A stretch of 25,566 nt of DNA from a virus (lineage: Duplodnaviria; Heunggongvirae; Uroviricota; Caudoviricetes): IMG/VR virus record IMGVR_UViG_3300042340_000144; one strand, 5' to 3'. This document shows positions 7,120-15,327 of the stretch, piece by piece. The position numbers and the translations under genes were made by a program. How positions within the stretch are numbered: position 1 is the first letter of the stretch; each line of letters begins with the position of its first letter. A model generated the notes under the pieces. The model did no database searches and was not told the DNA's origin. It worked only from the letters and a program-made list of their open reading frames with translations.

Positions 7120-8114
7120 TTCTTATCCACAAAATCAACAACACCCAGCCCTTTACAATGAGGACAATCAACTAAAGGCTTGTTTATTTCTGTTATTAAA
7201 TCATTCAAATATTTATCAATGTTATCCTTTAAATCCTGCAAAGAATTACCTTTAAAAGGAGTTACAACTGTGTGTTTCTCATAAGGTTTAGGGCAACATT
7301 CAAACACAGTAACAGTTCTTTTATCTCTATACTTAGTAACAGTTTTAGGTTTAGTTTTCCTCTTACTAAAGAGATTAGATTCAGTAAATTGATATGACTG
7401 AGGAGCCTCAAGCATTATATTCTTTGTAACTCTTAAACAGAAGTTATAGTCAGTTAGAGTGGCCCATTTACCATTAATATGTTGCTTAATATAAGATCTA
7501 ATAATACCATATGTATGCTCAGCAGATAAGCAACAAGGAGTGTTATCAATAAACATGTCAGGCGTTGTTAGTTCATTAATTAGTTGATATTCAACTGACT
7601 TATCTGTTATTCTAATTGTTCTTGTATCATATGATCCAGCTTCTAAACAAGCATAATTAAAACTACTTACATCATTAGGTTCAACTAAATCACAATCATA
7701 CTTAGCTATTACATCTAAATGAAACTTAATGTCTTCTAACTGTGCAGGTTCTACATCCCAATTTTCTTTGTATAAACTAAACACATCTTCAAACTCAGGT
7801 CTAGCAACCCAACCTTCTCCATCATTAGGATAGTATGCAAATTCATCCCTACTATATACTTTAGGTAAATCAAAAGTAACAGTTTCTTTTAATTCATATC
7901 TATGATTAATAGTCTTTACATAACCTTGCTGACTAATAGTAGTTGGCACCTTATCTAACTTATACCAATCCTTCTTACAAGATGGCTGAGCTTTTACACC
8001 ATCAAAGAATAGATTAGCTACATAATGACTATGACTAACATAAACATAGGACTCTGCATTTGCTATAAAACAACCATCATTAAACACCACAACTTTAAAC
8101 TTAATAGCGCTCAT
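7116..8114 (-). CDS. Hypothetical phage protein with C-terminal CxxCxGxG motif
   Basis: 332 aa ending CPHCKGLG. Confidence 0.75.
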   Translation of the reverse strand: MSAIKFKVVVFNDGCFIANAESYVYVSHSHYVANLFFDGVKAQPSCKKDWYKLDKVPTTISQQGYVKTINHRYELKETVTFDLPKVYSRDEFAYYPNDGEGWVARPEFEDVFSLYKENWDVEPAQLEDIKFHLDVIAKYDCDLVEPNDVSSFNYACLEAGSYDTRTIRITDKSVEYQLINELTTPDMFIDNTPCCLSAEHTYGIIRSYIKQHINGKWATLTDYNFCLRVTKNIMLEAPQSYQFTESNLFSKRKTKPKTVTKYRDKRTVTVFECCPKPYEKHTVVTPFKGNSLQDLKDNIDKYLNDLITEINKPLVDCPHCKGLGVVDFVDKN

Positions 8115-8124
8115 ATTATTTTAA

Positions 8125-8319
8125 TTATTCCCAATATCCTAAATTTACTTTACCATCATGCATCCATATCTCAAGCTGAGAGTTATCTTTAAAAGTAATA
8201 ACACATGATTCAATCTTTGCTATAGGTCTATTATTAGTAGTATTCATAGCATCAAAAGTTTGAACTTCCTTTATAATCTTACCCTTTAAAGTTTCTTTAA
8301 TCATCTTGCCAAATACCAT
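8125..8319 (-). CDS. Small hypothetical protein
   Basis: 64 aa. The true start may be the second Met (MIKETL). Confidence 0.5.
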   Translation of the reverse strand: MVFGKMIKETLKGKIIKEVQTFDAMNTTNNRPIAKIESCVITFKDNSQLEIWMHDGKVNLGYWE

Positions 8320-8827
8320 CTACAATACCTTTACTAATAAGATCATCAGCAAATAGATAAACATCTTCTTTGGCCCAATTACATTTAAAACCTTTACTTA
8401 AATAAACATCATTAACACTTTTAGTTAGATGTTTATATAACTTGTTTTTTGCTTCAACTGCTTGTTGATTATCATTACATTCAAAGTTCATTGGATGAAA
8501 CAATGCATATATGTTAGGATAAACAAAAGTATCACATTTAGTAAATAAGAAGTAGGTAGCACTACTACAAATCCTGCCAGTACCTATAACATTAATATGT
8601 TTATAGTTTAAATTTAAATAGTTATGAAACACCATTGCTGGTGAAATGGAACCACCAGGACTGCTAATAAATAGATTAATTTTACTATCAACATGCTTGT
8701 TATTTAAACATTGTTGTACCTCTTTAATAAGATCATTTATACCTATTAAAGTTATATCTCCTGTGAACCATATATCATTCTTAATAACATTGATATGTGG
8801 CTGCCAATCTTCTTTTACATTACTCAT
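8297..8827 (-). CDS. ClpP-family serine protease
   Basis: LFISSPGGS, ICSSAT (catalytic Ser), LFHP (His) and EDVYLFADDLISKGIVD. Start moved to ATG 8827 (MSNVKE). Confidence 0.85.
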   Translation of the reverse strand: MSNVKEDWQPHINVIKNDIWFTGDITLIGINDLIKEVQQCLNNKHVDSKINLFISSPGGSISPAMVFHNYLNLNYKHINVIGTGRICSSATYFLFTKCDTFVYPNIYALFHPMNFECNDNQQAVEAKNKLYKHLTKSVNDVYLSKGFKCNWAKEDVYLFADDLISKGIVDGIWQDD

Positions 8828-9138
8828 ATTATTACTTGTATTACATTGCATAACTTGGTATTTGATCTAAACCTGGAACACCTCTTAGATCTATACAACT
8901 AGTAGCAAATATTGGAGATGGTGGTAATTCTTGCCAATAAGTATTAACCGGATATTTTTCATGTATGCTATACCAACAACTACTATTAGGAGATGTTATA
9001 TGCCAATACTGTTTCTCATACTCTTCATACCAAGCTACATATACCTCACCTTGATACCATAATAAAATACGACTGCCTTCTTCAGGAGCATTATCAACTG
9101 TTTTCCAACCATTCAAATCTTTTACATTACTCATATTA
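8811..9138. repeat. Perfect 21-bp direct repeat spanning the start codons of two adjacent genes
   Basis: TCTTTTACATTACTCATATTA at 8811-8831 and 9118-9138. Both genes begin MSNVK. Confidence 0.85.
8841..9134 (-). CDS. DUF551-like phage protein
   Basis: GWKTVDNAPEEG.RILLW...TYWQELPPSP. Start moved to ATG 9134. Confidence 0.7.
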   Translation of the reverse strand: MSNVKDLNGWKTVDNAPEEGSRILLWYQGEVYVAWYEEYEKQYWHITSPNSSCWYSIHEKYPVNTYWQELPPSPIFATSCIDLRGVPGLDQIPSYAM

Positions 9139-9148
9139 CTTAAAACAA

Positions 9149-9622
9149 ATGATACCTTATTATAAAACAAAACAATTTAGAAACTATTTAAACATATTCT
9201 TATTAGTAGTTTACTCACATCTATTTGAACATGTAGCACAGATGTTTGAGTTACATGTATTACATTGGACAAGACCACAATCATTAGGCTTATTGGGTCT
9301 TATATGGCCTTGGGTTATACATAGTGAATACTTACATTATGGACATGCTTTATTTATGTTAGTTGGTATATACTATTTAAATAAAAACATGCATAATAGA
9401 AGCTCTTATTTCTGGATGAATATAACTTTAGTATTAGCTTTTTATCATCACTTTGAACATTTTTTATTATTAATACAATCAATTAGTCATGTTTACTTCT
9501 TTGATAAAACAATACCAACAAGCATAGGACAACTGTTTATTCCTAGAATAGAACTGCACTTTATATATAACTTTATGGTCGGTATACCTATGATGATTGC
9601 ATTAAATAAAAACAAAAGTTAG
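9149..9622 (+). CDS. Four-TM membrane protein with duplicated HxxEH / ExLH motifs (DUF6008-like, tentative)
   Basis: SHLFEHVAQ...HSEYLH...YHHFEH...RIELHFIYN. Start moved from 8993 to ATG 9149 to avoid overlap with the DUF551 gene. Confidence 0.7.
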   Translation: MIPYYKTKQFRNYLNIFLLVVYSHLFEHVAQMFELHVLHWTRPQSLGLLGLIWPWVIHSEYLHYGHALFMLVGIYYLNKNMHNRSSYFWMNITLVLAFYHHFEHFLLLIQSISHVYFFDKTIPTSIGQLFIPRIELHFIYNFMVGIPMMIALNKNKS

Positions 9623-10158
9623 GAGCCATATTCAACTACCTCTGTATAAACAAACTCATCACACATCTTATTAGCAACTCTAGTAGCTACAAACTTATTA
9701 TCAAATAATATTACGTTATCTGTAATCTCATCTGTATAAAACTCTCTAGATACCTCTTGGCCCAACATAACAGTTATAACTTGTATTGCATATTTAGTCT
9801 TTTGACTAATAGCCAATTCTATGTTATTAGCTTTACAAAACTGTTTTATTAAGTGTTGTTGATCTCTAAAACCACTCTTATCATAGGTTGGGTCCCAAGT
9901 ACCATCAAGGGCCATTTGAGCATCACTATATAAACTAGTTAAGAGATTAATTAAAGTATCTTTATTAAATAAACATGCTGATATAAATTCATTCTCACTA
10001 CCTTCTGAGTTGTCATCACTATCAACCCATTCTATTGCTTTACAAGCTTCAGCTACTAAGTCTAAATGCTGTTTAAATGCTAATCTTTCAGGAGTATTTA
10101 ATTCAAACTCAGCATCTTGTATATGTGAATATAGGTAATTCATTGAGCCGCCAGACAT
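9619..10158 (-). CDS. Hypothetical phage protein
   Basis: 179 aa. The MSGGSMNYLY...AIEWVDS N-terminus resembles a recurrent phage hypothetical family (from recall). Confidence 0.7.
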   Translation of the reverse strand: MSGGSMNYLYSHIQDAEFELNTPERLAFKQHLDLVAEACKAIEWVDSDDNSEGSENEFISACLFNKDTLINLLTSLYSDAQMALDGTWDPTYDKSGFRDQQHLIKQFCKANNIELAISQKTKYAIQVITVMLGQEVSREFYTDEITDNVILFDNKFVATRVANKMCDEFVYTEVVEYGS

Positions 10159-10162
10159 GCTA

Positions 10163-10372
10163 TTAATCCTCTTCTCTGTTATAGGTATCTTTTAAGTATT
10201 CATTAACTACATCTTCTAACTTAATAATTGGTTTTTTATTAGAACCACCCTCAGCAAGTAATAGATGCTTTATAATCTTGCCACATCTTTTCCATTTTCT
10301 ACCAGCTTTGTGACTATTAGGTTTTTTAGATAAGGGCATAATATTATTTTCTAAATAGTATAATAATATCAA
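10163..10372 (-). CDS. Small basic hypothetical protein
   Basis: 69 aa. The start may be the internal Met (MPLSKK). Confidence 0.45.
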   Translation of the reverse strand: MILLYYLENNIMPLSKKPNSHKAGRKWKRCGKIIKHLLLAEGGSNKKPIIKLEDVVNEYLKDTYNREED

Positions 10373-10544
10373 TTATAAAATCTAAAAGCTTAGAAATTAT
10401 ATAAAAAGGTGCAAGAATCCATAAAACAAAAAATAAACTCCATATAAAATATAGCTCTTTCTTATTTTTTGCATATTTATTTGATATTAAATAACTAATA
10501 AATATGTATAAGGAGAAACCAACAAGCACTAATAAAAAATCCAT
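10344..10544 (-). CDS. Small two-TM membrane protein
   Basis: 66 aa with two hydrophobic segments. Its start overlaps the ligase stop. Confidence 0.6.
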   Translation of the reverse strand: MDFLLVLVGFSLYIFISYLISNKYAKNKKELYFIWSLFFVLWILAPFYIISKLLDFIIDIIILFRK

Positions 10545-11749
10545 TAAATCTTTCTATCTAACTCTTTAACCTTACCAAATCTAGGAGCACCATCTTCTGT
10601 TAGTTCAAAGTACTTAATAGTTGTTGGTTTGCCAATATATAAATCCTTATTCTTTAACCATTCAGCACATTGTTCATATGTACCAACAATGTCTGCATTA
10701 AAGCCATCAAACACTGCAATTCTTGCTTTGCCACTCCAATTACCTTCCCCTTCTAACATGTCAACAAGTGTATATTCAGAGTCTATCCATTCCTTTCTTT
10801 TAAGTAAATACTTAGTTCTTTTATTAATATAAGAAGTGTTAAACTTAATCATTTGACCCTCATAACCCTCTTCTAAACATTGTTTATAATGTTTATCAAT
10901 AGTAGTTAAATCATGTGTATTAGTTTCTAATTGTTCTACTAAAGTTATATAAGGTCTAAAGAACAACCCTTTATACTTCCATTCTAAAAGTTGTTTATAT
11001 CTATCTTTATAGACATTATCACTTATATAATCATAAACATAAAAGTTAATTAATTTAGAGTTTAGTTTATCTACTAACTTACTATCTTTTGGCTGCTTTC
11101 TATTATATAGAGTATTTAATTCTTTATCAGTATTATAATCTCTTCTAACAATTGACATAATATTGTTAAAGCCAATATCCTCATTATATAACTCACCATG
11201 TAATATTACATTTGGATAATCTCTAAAAAAACCCATTAAGTTTAGCGATTCAAGTATGTGATCACAAGACTTAATTACTTCGCCAGTTCTAGTAAACAAA
11301 CCATCTTTAGTTATTAAACAACAACTACCATCATACTTCTTACTTAGAAACACAACTTGTGGTACTTCTTTTGCCAACTTATCCTTATAATCTTTCCAAT
11401 CATAAGCTAACATTGGCTTAATATAAGTTTGTTTATCTACATCATCAATAGACTCAAAGTAACCTTCTTTTAACTTTTTACTATAGTTATTATCTACTTC
11501 ATATTTAGCTTGTTCTGGTTCTAATCTTTGGTTAGCTTTACCTATGTTTTTAGGCTTTGCAGTAGTCCAATCACTTACTTGTAGCTTACCTTCTAGTTGT
11601 CCTAAAACACTCCTATACTTATTTTGTAGCAACTGTTGACCCCATATTTGAATGGCACCAGTACTAGTTCTTTTATATAGAAACTTAATAATATCAACAT
11701 CAATGTTGTAATCTTTAAGTGTTTGTAAATCCCTAATTTGAATATTCAT
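10544..11749 (-). CDS. ATP-dependent DNA ligase
   Basis: KPMLA, motif I SKKYDG, LHGELY, FYVYD, EGQMIK, LLKRK, and an OB-domain-like C-terminus (GAPRF). Confidence 0.92.
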   Translation of the reverse strand: MNIQIRDLQTLKDYNIDVDIIKFLYKRTSTGAIQIWGQQLLQNKYRSVLGQLEGKLQVSDWTTAKPKNIGKANQRLEPEQAKYEVDNNYSKKLKEGYFESIDDVDKQTYIKPMLAYDWKDYKDKLAKEVPQVVFLSKKYDGSCCLITKDGLFTRTGEVIKSCDHILESLNLMGFFRDYPNVILHGELYNEDIGFNNIMSIVRRDYNTDKELNTLYNRKQPKDSKLVDKLNSKLINFYVYDYISDNVYKDRYKQLLEWKYKGLFFRPYITLVEQLETNTHDLTTIDKHYKQCLEEGYEGQMIKFNTSYINKRTKYLLKRKEWIDSEYTLVDMLEGEGNWSGKARIAVFDGFNADIVGTYEQCAEWLKNKDLYIGKPTTIKYFELTEDGAPRFGKVKELDRKI

Positions 11750-12170
11750 TTATTGTCAACTTATCTGTTATTAATATATTCTTTTCTTTATACTTCTTTA
11801 TAAATCTTTTACCATTAAAAGTATGAGTACAACACTTACAACTAGGTTCTAATGTAGTATGATCAATTGTTTTATCAACATACTGTAATAAACCTTTATC
11901 ATCTACATATAAAGAACTATAATAAGTACTTTGACCAACTCTTATATAACCTAATAAGTCTTCTTTATTCTTATATCTATTAACCATCCAATAAATAGGA
12001 ATAACACTATTTAATCTAGATTTAACATCTTTATAAACATCATTCCAAGGTTGGCCCACTTTACTTAATAAGTACTTGAATAAAGGTGTATAATCCCATC
12101 CAAGTTGAGCGCCATGACAAGTGTTGTTATTCTTCCTATATAGCTTAGATTTAAACATATTAGGCTTCAT
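11733..12170 (-). CDS. Conserved hypothetical protein
   Basis: DYTPLFKYLLSKVGQPW...IYWMV...CKCCTHTFNG resembles a bacterial hypothetical family (from recall). Confidence 0.7.
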   Translation of the reverse strand: MKPNMFKSKLYRKNNNTCHGAQLGWDYTPLFKYLLSKVGQPWNDVYKDVKSRLNSVIPIYWMVNRYKNKEDLLGYIRVGQSTYYSSLYVDDKGLLQYVDKTIDHTTLEPSCKCCTHTFNGKRFIKKYKEKNILITDKLTINEYSN

Positions 12171-12180
12171 TTATTAAATA

Positions 12181-12477
12181 TTAAATCTCATTACTAGCAT
12201 TATAAATGTCCAAACTATCCATTATTTTAAGACCTTCATCACAAGTAATCTTGCCATGTAATATATCTTGATTAGTTAATAATTCTTTTAATAAGTAACT
12301 ACATTCTTTATCATCAATAGTATATTCTGGTACTAAGTTATATAACATTTCTATACCAGTTGCAAAGTGTTGATAAGCAGAACAAGGTGCATCTTCTTCT
12401 CTAACATTAGACATTAATAAGTTATTTAATGCATATGTTATTTGTTGTTTAAAATAACTATTAGTTTCTTTATTCAT
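12181..12477 (-). CDS. Hypothetical protein
   Basis: 98-aa ORF tiling the operon. Confidence 0.6.
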   Translation of the reverse strand: MNKETNSYFKQQITYALNNLLMSNVREEDAPCSAYQHFATGIEMLYNLVPEYTIDDKECSYLLKELLTNQDILHGKITCDEGLKIMDSLDIYNASNEI

Positions 12478-12480
12478 ATA

Positions 12481-13245
12481 TTAAACTCCTATTAAAAACA
12501 CTTCTAAATCATCTTTACTAATAAATTGATAAGGGTTGTAAATCAATCTATGTTTGGTTCCTTCCATTTGAATTCTTTGTTCTCTCAGCCTTTTCTTTTC
12601 CCACAGTTGTAATACTTTTAAATAATCACAACTATTAATTAAAACCCAACATTTATTAGTTTTAATAACAACATTTAACTCTTTAGCTTCCTCTATAAAA
12701 TGACACCAAAGAGTAGGTTTATTATAGTTAATAGTAATATACTTCTTAGCTCTTCTTCTATAAGATTCATTCTCTTTACCAACATTACAATGTTTAATAT
12801 TAAACTTATTATCATCCCAATGTGTTAAAAATGTTTCTAATCTATACTGAGGAAAAGCATATAAACCTCTAGTTTGAGGTGGACTATGATAACTATTATT
12901 ACTAAAGCCAACATATCTTCTATATCTTTTAAAAGCTTCTAATAATTCTTCATTATTATCCTTCCAAGCATCAATAAAAGCTTCTTGGTTATCTTTAAAA
13001 TCTATTAAATGTTGTGGTGCAATTATACCTTTATAATATTCAATGCCCTTCTTATAAGACCAATGTTTATCATATATAGAATTGTTCCAGGAGATAACAT
13101 CATATTCAATGCCAAACTCTTTCCAACTAGTATTAATCTTATTACAAATGGTTTTAAAAGCTTTTAATAACTTTTTGTTAACAGTGTATTTGTGAGAATT
13201 AGCATTACCAATTCTCACAAATGTTAATGATTTTAAAGGTTGCAT
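12481..13245 (-). CDS. Hypothetical protein, possibly a divergent ADP-ribosyltransferase fold
   Basis: 254 aa. FVRIG...RGLYAFP...DLEVF spacing is reminiscent of the ART beta1/beta2/beta5 elements. The fold call is weak. Confidence 0.6.
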   Translation of the reverse strand: MQPLKSLTFVRIGNANSHKYTVNKKLLKAFKTICNKINTSWKEFGIEYDVISWNNSIYDKHWSYKKGIEYYKGIIAPQHLIDFKDNQEAFIDAWKDNNEELLEAFKRYRRYVGFSNNSYHSPPQTRGLYAFPQYRLETFLTHWDDNKFNIKHCNVGKENESYRRRAKKYITINYNKPTLWCHFIEEAKELNVVIKTNKCWVLINSCDYLKVLQLWEKKRLREQRIQMEGTKHRLIYNPYQFISKDDLEVFLIGV

Positions 13246-13571
13246 ATATTAAATAGATTTAACTTTTTAACTTTTACATCAACTTTAACTAAATGTTCAA
13301 ATGGATTGCTTAAAAAATCAATGTCATCATCTTTAAGTAGTATTTCATATATAGTTGGTAAGTCAAAGGGTATACATTCCTCTTTAAAGTAAGGACTATT
13401 TATAAAATTATAAGGCTTTATTAAATCACTATCAGACCAAGTTTTACCAGTGTTTATATGATATCTGCCAAATGCTATAGCTAGATATAAATATGAAGTT
13501 ATATAAGTGTTAATAACTAAATATGTTAAATCAGATTTAGGACTACCATGATAGTATATTTTGTTTCTCAA
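13233..13571 (-). CDS. Small ADP-ribosyltransferase-fold protein (H-Y-E-like)
   Basis: N-terminal IYYHGSP, then TYIT and a late PFEHL. Confidence 0.55.
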   Translation of the reverse strand: MRNKIYYHGSPKSDLTYLVINTYITSYLYLAIAFGRYHINTGKTWSDSDLIKPYNFINSPYFKEECIPFDLPTIYEILLKDDDIDFLSNPFEHLVKVDVKVKKLNLFNICNL

Positions 13572-13575
13572 TTAT

Positions 13576-14091
13576 TTAAAGTTCTTTTCTTCTTTGATTT
13601 AATATATCTTCTAAAAGTACAGGAGTATAATTTATTTGTTCTACAGATACATTTATATATCTTCTATCAGAAAGACAGTTAGAATGAAGGTGACCTGAAA
13701 CATTTATCCAGCCTTCTTTTAAGCATTCAGAATGAATAGGTATATGAGTTAGTATAACCTTTAAACCTGGAAATGCTCTAGCTCCACATACTTTATCAAA
13801 GCCAGCTTCCAAGTATAACCTAGTATCAAATATGTCATGATTTCCAGATACCAAGCGCTTATGACCATTAAGTTGTTTTACTAACTCTAAATACTCCTTC
13901 TTAATAACTACATCACCTAGATGATATACATGATCTTCTGGTTTAACCGTGTTATTCCAATTAGTAATCATAGTATTGTTTAACTCTTCTACAGTGTTAA
14001 ATGGTCTTAGTTTATTACCTTCACTATCTGTCCACTTTAAACTATTTTCATGACCAAAATGAGTGTCACTAATTACATATATCTTAACCAT
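13576..14091 (-). CDS. Calcineurin-like metallophosphoesterase
   Basis: SDTHFGH, HLGDV, SGNHD, THIP, GHLH. AGGA Shine-Dalgarno. Confidence 0.92.
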   Translation of the reverse strand: MVKIYVISDTHFGHENSLKWTDSEGNKLRPFNTVEELNNTMITNWNNTVKPEDHVYHLGDVVIKKEYLELVKQLNGHKRLVSGNHDIFDTRLYLEAGFDKVCGARAFPGLKVILTHIPIHSECLKEGWINVSGHLHSNCLSDRRYINVSVEQINYTPVLLEDILNQRRKEL

Positions 14092-14113
14092 TTTATTTAA
14101 TCCTTATATTATC

Positions 14114-14151
14114 TACTACTGTTATAACAAGACATAATTATAACAGTAGTA
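14114..14151. promoter_or_regulatory. 14-bp palindrome containing a minus-strand extended -10 (TGTTATAAT)
   Basis: TACTACTGTTATAA / TTATAACAGTAGTA with a 10-nt loop. The extended -10 is at 14137-14145. No U-tract. Confidence 0.55.
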
Positions 14152-14160
14152 AAAACTTAT

Positions 14161-15327
14161 TTATAATACATGAGCAAAGGATAAAAACTTATTATTAAAC
14201 TTTGATAATGAATAATACAGAGTTTCTTTTAACAAATATAAAGTAATTGGCTCTTCAGATGTAAGTTTTTGTTTACTCTCTAAAGAAGTATATTGATAAT
14301 TAACAGTAATACTAAGTTTGTTCTTGTTAATGATTTTAACATTAAGATTAGTATAAGCTAGATCAAAATAAACATCTTCTGCTTTATTAATATCCTCATT
14401 TATTAGTGCCAATTTTTCAACAAAAGTATTATTAAACAATGTATACATGTCACCATTTTTAAACAGCACTTTATCCTTCTTAACAGATATAGAATATGTA
14501 TCACAATCATCTTCAACTTGATTATTATGCTCATCACAAACATAGAATTCATCATATAAATTAAACTCAATGTTTAACATATTAATAAGTTCTTCTACGT
14601 TGGTATCGCTAAACAAGTTGGTAGTTTTAATAATTTGAAGAGTGTTATCAAGAGACAAAACAGGAATACCAACAATAGTATCAATCAAATCTTCTTTGTC
14701 TTCTCTAGTAGATAACTTATAAACAAGTTGTCTTACTTCAACTTCTTCTAAGGAGCCAAAAGTCTTTCTCCACAATACTCTAGACAATCTATCAATGAGA
14801 GGATTACTAAATTTGTTATTGGCCTTCTCATTACCAATAAGTATAAACAATTGTTTGTTGTTAGTAGAACCATCTAACCACTCTAATAAAGCAACACTAG
14901 TCTCATCCTCTAACTTCTTTTCATACTCATCAATGAATATAACAAAGTTGTTGAATACATCACTACCAATAACATCTTTCCAAGCTGGCTTATTAATAAT
15001 GTTTAGATCTTGTATATACAAAATAGGTAAACCACTATCAAGTGCTAACTTATGGGCTCTTTTAGTTTTGCCACTACCTTTTAAACCTAAATACAAAACA
15101 CCTAAACTTTTAGTACTATTGTTAAATGATTTAAGTACATAATCCTCAAATTTGTCTAACAAATAATACTCATCTAAGTATTTAAAGTCATTAGTTCTAG
15201 TTAAATATATACCTCTCATATCACTATATTTAGGTATATAAACACCAATAGGAACAGAAGATACAGTATGAACCGCAGAATTAAAATCAATACTATTATC
15301 TGAATTAATGTAAGTTTGTAATGTCAT
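14161..15327 (-). CDS. AAA+ ATPase
   Basis: Walker A GLKGSGKT, Walker B FVIFIDE and LIDRLSR. The start abuts the Hen1 stop (TAAATG). Confidence 0.88.
   Translation of the reverse strand: MTLQTYINSDNSIDFNSAVHTVSSVPIGVYIPKYSDMRGIYLTRTNDFKYLDEYYLLDKFEDYVLKSFNNSTKSLGVLYLGLKGSGKTKRAHKLALDSGLPILYIQDLNIINKPAWKDVIGSDVFNNFVIFIDEYEKKLEDETSVALLEWLDGSTNNKQLFILIGNEKANNKFSNPLIDRLSRVLWRKTFGSLEEVEVRQLVYKLSTREDKEDLIDTIVGIPVLSLDNTLQIIKTTNLFSDTNVEELINMLNIEFNLYDEFYVCDEHNNQVEDDCDTYSISVKKDKVLFKNGDMYTLFNNTFVEKLALINEDINKAEDVYFDLAYTNLNVKIINKNKLSITVNYQYTSLESKQKLTSEEPITLYLLKETLYYSLSKFNNKFLSFAHVL

Noticed and set aside
8993-9148. N-terminal 52 codons of the 209-aa plus-strand ORF
   Set aside because: Antisense shadow of the DUF551 gene. 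ATG 9149 is more plausible.
8646-15142. Plus-strand ORFs 8646-8870, 10629-10832 and 14795-15142
   Set aside because: Antisense shadows of the protease, ligase and AAA+ genes.
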